Shown: positions 28,455-37,593 of the stretch, piece after piece
How the letters are laid out: each line of letters opens with the position of its first letter
Numbering within the stretch: the first letter of the stretch is position 1
NCBI GenBank assembly: GCA_963707175.1
Contig: CAVPQA010000033.1
Coordinates: 30,443-94,442 of the forward strand
Origin: an uncultured Alphaproteobacteria bacterium
Lineage (GTDB): Bacteria > Pseudomonadota > Alphaproteobacteria > Rhizobiales > Xanthobacteraceae
Length of the DNA: 64,000 nucleotides
Direction: 5' to 3'
The notes under the pieces: model-generated
What the model was told of the DNA's origin: nothing
Seen by the model: only the letters and a program-made list of their open reading frames with translations
Databases searched by the model: none
Position numbers and translations under genes: made by a program

Positions 28455-31400
28455 CTATCGGGCGATTTGGTCCGCGCGCAGCCGGCAATCGCCATGCAGA
28501 TCGCGCGGTGTCTCCGTCTGTGCATCGATCGCGGAGTTGCTGACGGGTATCGCCAGGCACGCCTTGAATTCCGCGAGCGCGCCGGCGGCATCGTTCTTGA
28601 CTGCGAGCGCCTTGCCGATGCGCTGATGCGTCAATGCAAGGCTGCGTTGCCAGCTTGCCCGAAATTTATCGCGGCTTGTGAGCATGACGTAGATCTGCCT
28701 CGCCTCGTCGAAATCCTTGAGTGCATCATCGGGCTTGCCTTCGGCCAATAGCACGTCGCCTAGGCCGACATGGCCATTGGCCAGAAAGCGCTGCCATTGT
28801 CCCTGCTCCGTGTTTCTGATTGCTATCTCGGCCGTTCCGTTCACATAGGTGGTGTAGTTCTTGAAGGCATCGGCGATGTCGCCGCGCGCCAGTTGCACGC
28901 CGCCGATCCGCTCGTAACTGATCAGCAGGTCGAGGCGCCACGTATAGTTGGGAGAGGTCGGAGTTCTCCTTCGCGAGCAGCGCCTTCGCCGCATCCTGGT
29001 ATGCGACATAGTTGCGGTAAGCTTCGTTCGGCTGATTCATGTGGCGTAACACGTCCCCCATTCTCTCCTGCGCCAGAGCCAACCGCCTGATCCATTCCGG
29101 CTTTGCATCAATCCGGCGTGACAGATCCTGGGCAATGTTGAGAGAGTTCGAGTAATAAGCGAGGGCGCCGTTGAAATCCTGCTTGGCGTAAAGATCGTCG
29201 CCCATTCTCTCGTAGATGTAGAGCAAATCCCGGCGCAAATCGAGATTTGCCGGATCGGCTTTGCTCAACCGATCCATGGCGGTGACGGCTGCACGATAGG
29301 ACTTCATCGCCGCGTCGAAGTCGCCTTTCGCCTCGTACGCATCGCCAATCCTCACATCGCTGCTGATCAGGTCCCTGCGGTACGCCTCGGTCTTGGGCTC
29401 GCTCGACGTCAGCTTGCCGGCGATTTCCTCCATCTTGTTTGCCATGTTGAGGGCGGTTTGACCGCCGCCCGGAACATCGAGGTAGGCGGAACTCAACGTC
29501 TCGAGCAGTTGCCATTCGGCGGCGAGGGTGGCCGCATCCGTGCGTTCCTTTTCCAGGGCATTGACAATGTTGGTCGGCGAATCGAGCAGACTCTGCGCGA
29601 CGTCGCTCGACAGAAGGCCTTCCGAAAGCAGTCTTTCCACGAGGCTGGCGGTAGTCTGCACGCTTTGCAGAGCGCGGTTGCGCTCCTGCTCTGCGCGATT
29701 GCGCTCTTGTTGAGCGAGGTATCCGAGAATCGAGGCCGCGATTGTCGTGACGGCGAATACGGCTGCCGCCGCCATGATGAGCCGTTGCAGCAAGCGCGCG
29801 CGGCGGCGTGAGGTCCGAACGAATTCCAGGGTTTCGCTATCGAGTTCGTCACCCCATCGGTCTGCCAGATCGACCGCATTGGCGAGATATGGGTCGCGCA
29901 GCAGGTGGCTGTGCTTGTGCCGTGTGTCGGCCTTGCGCCATTCCGCCTCCGCCTCTTCGACGATGGTGCGCGTGCGCAAGTCGTCGCTGTCCCGTGCGAT
30001 TTGCCGCTGCGCCCGCTCCCAGTGACTTATCAAAGCCTCATGGGCGACCCGAATGTGGGCGCCGGTGCCCTCATCCCAGGCGACGAGAAGGCGGACCTGC
30101 GGGTCGAGAAACGCATCAACCACCAGACGGGCCGGCGTACTGTCCGCAAAGCGCGTCATCGGCACAGACCGGGCGGTCGGTTCGGCGCCCGATCTGGTCA
30201 CGCTCACCAGCATGCGCAACACTTTCGGCGAAGCCGCCTGCGCATCGTCCGGCAACGCCGCGAACGCCGCTTCGGCTCTGGTTGCAATTGCGCCCTTCAG
30301 GCCGCCGAGGGCGCGCATGGATGCGTAGCGCAGTGTCGAGTCGTGGCGAGCCACGACGTCCCTGGCGTAAAGCGCATCGAGCAGAAACGACAACAGCGGC
30401 AGCGCGCCCGGCTCCAGTGACGCCTCCTCGGCAAGCGCAGCATCTAGCCTGATTTCGGTGCGTGGGTCGGTCTCGAACGACAGGCCGGCGGCTTCGGCCG
30501 GGCGCCGGATCATCTCGGTGATTTCAGCTTGTGTCGCCGGCAGTAGGTCAAGCCTACCTTTGCCTTCCGCGAGTTCGACCAACAGCGGCGTTTCCGCCGC
30601 CCGATGCCAGTGATCGCTGCGCATCGTCGCAACAACCAGGACCCTTCCGCTGTTCATCAGGCCCTTCAAGCAAAGAATGAAGGCCTCGCGCCGAGCGGCT
30701 GTCGAATTGCCGTGCGTGAACAGCTCCTCCAACTGGTCGACGACGAGAATGAGCCGTACCTGCTCGAATGCGAGAAGATCGCCATCCCGTTGCGCCGATT
30801 GTTCGCGCGCTGTGAGTGCCGAAACAATCGGAAAGCCGGGATTGGCGGCTGCAGACTCAAGATGTGCCGCGAGCGCCGCGAGCCCCTGCCCGGTCAACAG
30901 TTCCGGCAAGCCATCGACATCCGTCAGTCCCTTGGCCAGAGCCGCGAAGGGACCCTCCGGGTGGCCGGCAGGCCGGACCACGGCGCGGCACCATCGTCCG
31001 ACACCCGGCACGACGCCGCGTACCGTCAGGGCCGGCACGATGCCGGCTTGCGCCAGAGACGATTTGCCCGCGCCGCTGGCGCCGAGCACCAGAAGGAACG
31101 GCCGCCCGGATTCGGCGTTTTCGACGAGATGTTCGACCGCGGTTTTCGTAGCTTCGCTGCGGCCGAAAAAAATCGGCGCGTGCTCAAAGCGGAACGCCTC
31201 AAGGCCGCGAAACGGGTTGCCCGTGAGCCAGATCGCCGCCGGCGCTTGGGGCGCCGTTTTGATGTCGGCGACCCGTCGTTCGATCAGGCCGCGCAGGTCT
31301 CCTTCAAGCTTAGCTTCAAAACTGTCGACGTCCTCGAAGCTGGAATATGCAGCACGAATTTCGCCGCGATCGACGAAATAGCGACTCCAGAAAGCGTCCA

Positions 31401-31833
31401 GCTTTTGCAACTGCTGTCCCAGCTCCAGAATGTCGGACTGCGTCTTGTACTCCGCCTTCGGCGCGACAATTTTGCGGTACGCCAGAAGGTCGGGCGCTCC
31501 ACGGCGCTGCTTGGCCGAGAGCGCGGTTTCAAATTCCCACTCGGTCCCGGTGACGGGCGCGCGCCCGTCAATGCCGCGATATTTTTCACCGGGGAGTGAG
31601 GTGCCCAGTCGCGACCACAGGATCAGCACCACGATGTCGGCTTCGTCGGGCGGCACGATGGCGTCCTGGAAAGTCCCGGACGCCAGCATCGGCTCTGTTT
31701 CCCAGAGATAAGGCTTGATATCGAAATAACGGACGTAATCCTTGGCCAGTTTTTCGATGACGAGCGCAGCGCGCCGCCGCTCGGCAGCAACGTCGCCCGG
31801 AGAAGAAATAAAAATTCGAAACGCCCCTGCCAT
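28455..31833 (-). pseudogene. STAND/NLR-like P-loop NTPase with DUF4062/TIR-like N-terminal module, one TM helix and C-terminal TPR-like repeats; one apparent frameshift
   Basis: ATG at 31833. N-terminus FRIFISSPGDVAAERR...DIVVLILWSRLGT...TGTEWEFETAL. NTPase lead-in NPFRGLEAFRFEHAPIFFGR, Walker A GASGAGKSS (31057-31083) and Walker B LILVVDQLEE. TM helix at 29716-29781. About six 42-aa TPR-like units continue from ORF 28726..31833 into ORF 28455..29009 after a shift at the GGG run 28950-52. Confidence 0.75.
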
Positions 31834-31921
31834 GGGCCGAGAGCTTATCCTGCGGTAACCGCAGGTTCAAAGTCTAATGGGTCAGTCAAGCGTTTCTACA
31901 TCCTTGGATTTATTGTGGGAT

Positions 31922-32974
31922 TTACCCGGCGGCCTTCGGCCGCTGCGCTGCGTCCTCGCCTTCCTTGTCGGACACGCCCGCCTGCGCGAACGTCGCCATG
32001 CCGGTGTGGCAGGCGAGTGCGGCGCGCAGGATGTTGAGCGCGAGCGCCGCGCCCGAGGCTTCGCCGAGCCGCATGTCGAGATCGAGCAGCGGTTTGAGTT
32101 TAAGCTCGTCGAGCAGCATGCGGTGGCCGGCTTCGGCCGAGACATGGGCGGCGAGCGCATGCGCCAGTGCGTCGGCGCGCAGCCTGACGAGCGGCGCCAC
32201 GGCCGCGGTGCAGACAAAACCGTCGAGCAGTACGGGCACACGCAAACGCCGCGCCGCGAGCACCGCGCCCAGAATGGCGGCAAGTTCGCGGCCGCCAAGC
32301 GCGGCGGCGATCTGCAGCGGCTCATGCAGCGCGCCGCGATGACGGACGAGCCCGCGATCGATGACGTCGCGCTTGCGTGTAAGCCCCGCCTCATCGACGC
32401 CGGTGCCGCGGCCGACCCAGCGCGCCCCGCCGCCGCCGAACAGCGCCGCCGCCAGCGCCGCTGCCGCCGTGGTGTTGCCGATACCCATCTCGCCGACGCA
32501 AATCAGATCGCAACCGGGCGAGACCGCACTGCCGCCGGCCGATACGGCAGCGACGAACTCACTCTCGCTCATCGCCGGCCGCTCGGTGAAATCCGCCGTC
32601 GGCGCATCGAGCGCGAGCGGAATGACGCGAAGCGCTGCGCCGGCGGTGCGCGCCAGCTGATTGATGGCGGCGCCGCCTGCGGAAAAGTTCGCCACCATTT
32701 GCGCGGTGACCTCGGCCGGATAGGCCGACACGCCCTGTTTGGTCACGCCGTGATTGCCGGCGAACACGAGGATTTCGACGCGATCGAGCCGCGGCGGCGC
32801 AGAACCCTGCCAGAGCGCGAGCCATGCGACCATATCCTCCAAGCGGCCGAGGCTTTTCGGCGGCTTGGTCAGGGCGGCTTCGCGCGCCGCCACGCTGGAG
32901 CTTGCGGCATGATTGCCGTGCGGCAGGTCGAGACAGGCCCCGCGCAGCTCCAAAAAAGAGGTAAAATCGGTCAT
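31922..32974 (-). CDS. cobT: Nicotinate-nucleotide--dimethylbenzimidazole phosphoribosyltransferase
   Basis: 350 aa from ATG 32974 (MTDFTSF). Signature GEMGIGNTT, then LDGFV and MRLGEASGAA. Confidence 0.9.
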   Translation of the reverse strand: MTDFTSFLELRGACLDLPHGNHAASSSVAAREAALTKPPKSLGRLEDMVAWLALWQGSAPPRLDRVEILVFAGNHGVTKQGVSAYPAEVTAQMVANFSAGGAAINQLARTAGAALRVIPLALDAPTADFTERPAMSESEFVAAVSAGGSAVSPGCDLICVGEMGIGNTTAAAALAAALFGGGGARWVGRGTGVDEAGLTRKRDVIDRGLVRHRGALHEPLQIAAALGGRELAAILGAVLAARRLRVPVLLDGFVCTAAVAPLVRLRADALAHALAAHVSAEAGHRMLLDELKLKPLLDLDMRLGEASGAALALNILRAALACHTGMATFAQAGVSDKEGEDAAQRPKAAG

Positions 32975-33067
32975 TAGCTTTTCACTCTTTGTATAGGCGG
33001 CCCGGCAGCCACGTTTTAGCAAACTGGAGTTGCGGCCGCTATCAAAGCGGGGTGCGAGGATGAAGCC

Positions 33068-33838
33068 ATGATGACGATCGACCAACCCTGGCTGGCCGAG
33101 CGCGGCCGGGAGGTTAAAGCCGGCATTCTGTTCCTGACGCGGCTGCGCTACGGCGCGGCCGAACCGGTCGACGGCGGCGGGATCGCCAGGGCCGCGTGGG
33201 CATTTCCGCTGGCCGGTCTGCTGGTCGGCATCATCGGCGCCTTGGTCTATTGGTTGGCGTATCATCTCGGCTTGCCCGGCTGGCCCGCCGCTGCGCTCTC
33301 CATCGCCGCCACCATGGTGCTCACGGGCTGTCTGCACGAGGACGGGCTTGCCGATACGATCGACGGGCTCGGCGGTGGCGCGACGCGTGAGCAGAAACTC
33401 GCCATCATGCGCGACAGCCGCATCGGTACTTACGGCGTCTGCGCGCTTGTGATTGCGATCATTCTTCGCGTCGGCGCGCTGGCCCTGCTTGGCGCACCGG
33501 GCCCGGTTGCGGCGGCGCTGCTTGCCGCGCACGGGGCAGGGCGCGCGGTGATGCCGGTCTTCATGGCGCTCTTGCCGCCGGCACGCAGCGACGGTCTTTC
33601 CGCCGGCGCCGGCCGGCCGCCATCCGGCGGTGTTGCCGCCGCGGCGGTGCTCGGCATTCTGATCCTGGTGCTGTGTCTTGGTCTCGGGCACGGCTTGGCG
33701 GCGCTGATCGTGCTCGCGATCGCCACGGCGCTGCTGGCGTGGCTGTCGCTTGTAGAGATCGGCGGCCAGACCGGCGACGTTCTCGGCGCGGCCGAGCAGG
33801 TCAGCGAGATCGTCATTCTGCTCGTCGCGTTGTGGTGA
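33068..33838 (+). CDS. cobS: Adenosylcobinamide-GDP ribazoletransferase (cobalamin synthase)
   Basis: 256-aa membrane protein with the HEDGLADTIDG motif. GAGGA lies upstream of ATG 33068. Divergent from cobT. Confidence 0.9.
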   Translation: MMTIDQPWLAERGREVKAGILFLTRLRYGAAEPVDGGGIARAAWAFPLAGLLVGIIGALVYWLAYHLGLPGWPAAALSIAATMVLTGCLHEDGLADTIDGLGGGATREQKLAIMRDSRIGTYGVCALVIAIILRVGALALLGAPGPVAAALLAAHGAGRAVMPVFMALLPPARSDGLSAGAGRPPSGGVAAAAVLGILILVLCLGLGHGLAALIVLAIATALLAWLSLVEIGGQTGDVLGAAEQVSEIVILLVALW

Positions 33839-34018
33839 CGCATCGGCGTCGTTACGGGGCGGGATCAGCCTTCGCGCGCAGAGCGCCAGTTATTTGAGGT
33901 TGCACGCAACGCTTTATTCGCCATTCTGGCGGGTGTTTCTCGATGATTGGGCAACTCTTTCCATGATTTAAGTAAGTACTAATACTGATTGGTCTTCCAT
34001 CCGGGCGAGTACGGCGGG

Positions 34019-35098
34019 ATGGAAGTCATGTTTGGTAGTTTGAGGCTGTTTCTGGCCTTTTTTGTTGTCTTTTCACATCTGGTGGGCACCCACTACCTTC
34101 AGCACTTCGGCTTCTACGCCGTCCGGGGATTCTACGTTCTCTCCGGATTTCTGATGACTGCCGGGTTGAACGACCTCTATGCCTTCGATGCGCGCCGGTA
34201 TTTCACCAATCGTTTGCTGCGGCTGATGCCGCTTTACTTCGTGGTTTGCCTGCTGACGCTAATCGCCGTGGTTTGTCTGCCAGCCGAGGCCGCAGCATTC
34301 ATCGGTCAGTGGCAACCGGATTTGTTGTGGCGCGACGCCATCACCAACCTGCTGGTGCTGCCCCTGCACCATGTCGAGCCGCATTACAGATTGATACCGA
34401 CCGCCTGGTCGCTGGCGGTCGAGTTGGAAATGTACATCGTGCTGTTCCTGTTCATTTCCCGGAGCGAACGGCATGCGATGATCGCTCTGTTTTTCGGGCT
34501 GCTTTATCACGCCGGCTGCAGCTTTTATGACCTGCCGTTCGGCTACCGCTTTTTTGGAGCGCCCTCCGCGGTGCTTGCATTTTCGCTCGGGGCGCTGATC
34601 TATTTCTATCGAAAACGAGGCCTGTTGCTCGACGTGACACCGGCGATGGGTGTCGCAGCTCTCGGCATATGGGTGGTCGGTGCGCTGGCGCCGCGAATGT
34701 CGTACATCAACAATGCGGGCTATTACACCGATACAATCCTGTTCGCCGTCGTCGTCACCGGTCTCGCCAACGCCGAAGGCAATGCGCTGGCAAGATCCGT
34801 TGACCGCGCTCTTGGGGAGATTGCCTATCCGGTTTTTCTCGTGCAGTGGCTGACCGGCTTTATAACCGCTCTTGTAATCGTGCCGGGCATCTGGAGGGGT
34901 TGGTCGCTGGCGCTCGCCAGTATTCCGGTTACGCTCATGACCGCCGCCATGCTTGCCGTGATCAATCAGAGGATTATCGAGCCGCTGCGCGAGCGCATAC
35001 GCCGTACGCCGGTCGATCGACCTATGGCCATCGATGTGCAGCCCCAGCAGGACTGTGGCGCGCCCACAGCCGTCATGCTTAATGTGCGCGGACGGTAA
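34019..35098 (+). CDS. Acyltransferase-3 family (OafA-like) integral membrane protein
   Basis: About 10 hydrophobic helices and an N-terminal LRLFLAFFVVFSHL motif. Preceded by a markedly AT-richer intergenic region. The start is ATG 34019 or 34028. Confidence 0.7.
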   Translation: MEVMFGSLRLFLAFFVVFSHLVGTHYLQHFGFYAVRGFYVLSGFLMTAGLNDLYAFDARRYFTNRLLRLMPLYFVVCLLTLIAVVCLPAEAAAFIGQWQPDLLWRDAITNLLVLPLHHVEPHYRLIPTAWSLAVELEMYIVLFLFISRSERHAMIALFFGLLYHAGCSFYDLPFGYRFFGAPSAVLAFSLGALIYFYRKRGLLLDVTPAMGVAALGIWVVGALAPRMSYINNAGYYTDTILFAVVVTGLANAEGNALARSVDRALGEIAYPVFLVQWLTGFITALVIVPGIWRGWSLALASIPVTLMTAAMLAVINQRIIEPLRERIRRTPVDRPMAIDVQPQQDCGAPTAVMLNVRGR

Positions 35099-35162
35099 GA
35101 CGCGGCCGCGCTTCCGGGCGTTCGCGCTCAGTAAGGTGCGATCGGCGCGCGAATAGGCGCGC

Positions 35163-36176
35163 TCAGTGACTCGCGAGCGCGGCGCGGACTCGCGCGACCA
35201 CGTCGGGCGGCGTGTGCGCCACCTCGCCGACCAGCTTCTGTACGTCTTCGCCGGTCAGCGCATCGATCTCCAGCTTCTCCTTCGCGGCATCGGCCAGGAA
35301 GCCTTTGTCCTTCATCGTCGCATCGAAGGCGCGGCGCAACGCCGCAACCCGGTCGGCGGGCACCCCGGGCGGCAGAAAGAACGGCCGGCCGAATTCGAGC
35401 CGCGCCACCATCAGCTTGACGGCGGCACGATCGGCGTCGCTGTGCAGAAACTCGAAGATGTTCGGCACGTCGCCGATCTCCGGCAGCTTCTTGATGCCCC
35501 ACTGCACCAGAAGCCGGACCTTCTTCTCGGCAAGCCAATTTGAATTGAGCGCACGCAATGTTGACCAGTTGGCGATGGTGCCCTGCACTTCGCCGCTTTC
35601 CAGCGCCAGGTGAATCTTCGGCGTGCTCGGGTAGCCGGTGATGACTTTGAATTTGTAGCCGAGCAGGCGGTCGAGCAGGATCGGGTAGTCGTATTGGGTC
35701 GAGCCGGGCGCCTGCGCGCCCATCGTCAGTTCCCTGGTCTTGACGTCGTCGAGCCTCTGGATCGGTACCGTGTGCCAGACATACATCACCTGAGTCTCGC
35801 GGTTGGTGCTGCCGAGATAGATGAGCTTGTCGGCGTCGAAGCGTGCGCTCTGCGGCTGCAACAGCGGCATGGTCGGCGTGCCATTAAACGGTGCGCCGAT
35901 CACGGTTCCGTCGAACGGGCCAGTGGCATTGAGCGAATTGGTCATGCTCATGCCGCCGGCGCCCGGCTGGTTCTGCACGATCATGAGCGGATGGCCCGGG
36001 ATGTAGGCCGGCATGTGGCGCGCGAGCGTGCGCGCGGTAATGTCGTAGCCGGAGCCGACGCCGGAGCCGACCAGGATGCGCAGCGTCTTGCCTTTATAGA
36101 ACGCGGCGACGTCGTCCTGCGCATGAGCGGGTGCGGCAAAAAGCAGGACAGCGATGAACAACAAAACTCTGCGCAT
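35163..36176 (-). CDS. Bug/TctC-like periplasmic solute receptor (divergent member)
   Basis: Signal peptide MRRVLLFIAVLLFAAPAHA, then LRILVGSGVGSGYDITAR...VQNQPGAGG, resembling the Bug-family N-terminal fold. Confidence 0.55.
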   Translation of the reverse strand: MRRVLLFIAVLLFAAPAHAQDDVAAFYKGKTLRILVGSGVGSGYDITARTLARHMPAYIPGHPLMIVQNQPGAGGMSMTNSLNATGPFDGTVIGAPFNGTPTMPLLQPQSARFDADKLIYLGSTNRETQVMYVWHTVPIQRLDDVKTRELTMGAQAPGSTQYDYPILLDRLLGYKFKVITGYPSTPKIHLALESGEVQGTIANWSTLRALNSNWLAEKKVRLLVQWGIKKLPEIGDVPNIFEFLHSDADRAAVKLMVARLEFGRPFFLPPGVPADRVAALRRAFDATMKDKGFLADAAKEKLEIDALTGEDVQKLVGEVAHTPPDVVARVRAALASH

Positions 36177-36260
36177 GTGAATTTTCCCCCATTGTCGTTG
36201 CCGGGCTTGACCCGGTAATCCAGGCCGCGCGTTGGCTTGCTTCATGGCAGCATGATGAAG

Positions 36261-37376
36261 TCATGCAGCGCTCCGCTCCTCATCGGGATCGAGCGGCAGC
36301 TTGACCGGCTGCTTGCGCCTGGCCGAGAGATCGAGCGCCTTGGTCAGCATCAGCCGGTTATGCGCCTCGGCGGCGGTGGCGGCCTGCGTCGGCAGACCGA
36401 GCGAGACGCGGTTGAGCCACGACACGGTTTCCTCCGCCATCGGGCCGCGCAATTCGCCGAGCGCCATATCGCCCGGCGGATATGAGCCCATGAAATCGAC
36501 CAGGCGGCTATTGTCCGGGGCGTAGCCTTCGCCCTGCGGCGATGACACTGCGAGCACGATGTCGCGATGGGTATCGTCGATGGTCAGCACGCCGTGGGTG
36601 CCGTTGATGCCGACTTCGAGGCTGTAAACGGCGCCCGGCCAGGTTACCGGCAGCGCCCAGGAGATCGAGAGCGTGTGCACCGACCCGTCCGAGAACATGA
36701 TCATGCCGGCGGTGGCGTCGATGCCGTGGTAGAGCGGCCCCAGGACCTTGTCGACCGAGCGCGCATAGCATTCCACCGGCGTCTTGGCTTCCAGATACCA
36801 CATGACGATGTCGAGCGCGTGCGTGCCCGAGATCACCATCGGCGAGATGGTCGCCGGATCGTTGGTGCGCTTGTAATTGTCGATGGCGACCAGCCGGTTC
36901 ATGAACGCGCGCGAGGAGACGAGCGTCACGTCGCCCAGCGCGCCGGTGCGCACCTTCTCCTTGGCGCCAAGCCATTTCCGCCGGAAACGCTGGGTGTAGC
37001 CGACCACGGCGTCGAGCTTCGCGTCGGTGATCGCTTTGAGCACACGCGCCGATTGGGCGAGGTCGGTGGCGAGCGGCTTTTCGATCAGCATAGGCACGCC
37101 GCGCTCGACCGCCGCCAGCACCGGCTCGACGTGCAGATGCTCGTCGGTGGCGATGATGGCGCAGGTCACTTCCGGCCGCGCCAGCAGTTCGCGATGGCTG
37201 GTGGTGATGAAATCGGCGCCGATGCGCGCGCCGACATCGCCGCCGCGATTGTGATTGAGCTCGGCGATGCCGATCCATTCCACCGCCGGATGGCGCGCCG
37301 CGACTTCGCCGCGGAACAGCCCGACCCGGCCGGCGCCGATGATGGCGAGGCCGATGCCCTTGGCGGATTGTTTCAT
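36261..37376 (-). CDS. Gfo/Idh/MocA-family NAD(P)-dependent oxidoreductase
   Basis: N-terminal Rossmann motif IGLAIIGAGRVG and the EKPLA motif (MLIEKPLATD). Confidence 0.8.
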   Translation of the reverse strand: MKQSAKGIGLAIIGAGRVGLFRGEVAARHPAVEWIGIAELNHNRGGDVGARIGADFITTSHRELLARPEVTCAIIATDEHLHVEPVLAAVERGVPMLIEKPLATDLAQSARVLKAITDAKLDAVVGYTQRFRRKWLGAKEKVRTGALGDVTLVSSRAFMNRLVAIDNYKRTNDPATISPMVISGTHALDIVMWYLEAKTPVECYARSVDKVLGPLYHGIDATAGMIMFSDGSVHTLSISWALPVTWPGAVYSLEVGINGTHGVLTIDDTHRDIVLAVSSPQGEGYAPDNSRLVDFMGSYPPGDMALGELRGPMAEETVSWLNRVSLGLPTQAATAAEAHNRLMLTKALDLSARRKQPVKLPLDPDEERSAA

Positions 37377-37398
37377 GGGAGGCTCCGCGCATAATGCA

Positions 37399-37568
37399 CC
37401 TCTCCCCGCGTGCGGGGAGAGGTCGTCCGCGCGAAGCGCGGCGGGTGAGGGGGCCTCACCGCGATTCTGAGCGGCACAGATAGTCGGCAGCGCTGGAGAT
37501 AAACCCTCGAAGCCAAGCCCGGCGGCGAGGCCCCCTCACCCCAACCCTCACCCCGCAAGCGGGGAGAG
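37399..37568. repeat. Composite palindromic intergenic element (REP/MITE-like)
   Basis: Terminal hairpins CCTCTCCCCGCGTGCGGGGAGAGG (37399-37422) and CTCACCCCGCAAGCGGGGAGAG (37547-37568). There is also a perfect 15-bp long-range inverted repeat, GGGTGAGGGGGCCTC (37443-57) paired with GAGGCCCCCTCACCC (37527-41). Confidence 0.7.
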
Positions 37569-37593
37569 CGAGCACGCCGCGTGCAATTCATCC

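Noticed and set aside
32975-33067. Possible riboswitch between the divergent cobT and cobS genes
   Set aside because: Only 93 nt are available, far shorter than a cobalamin aptamer, and no conserved core motifs are present.
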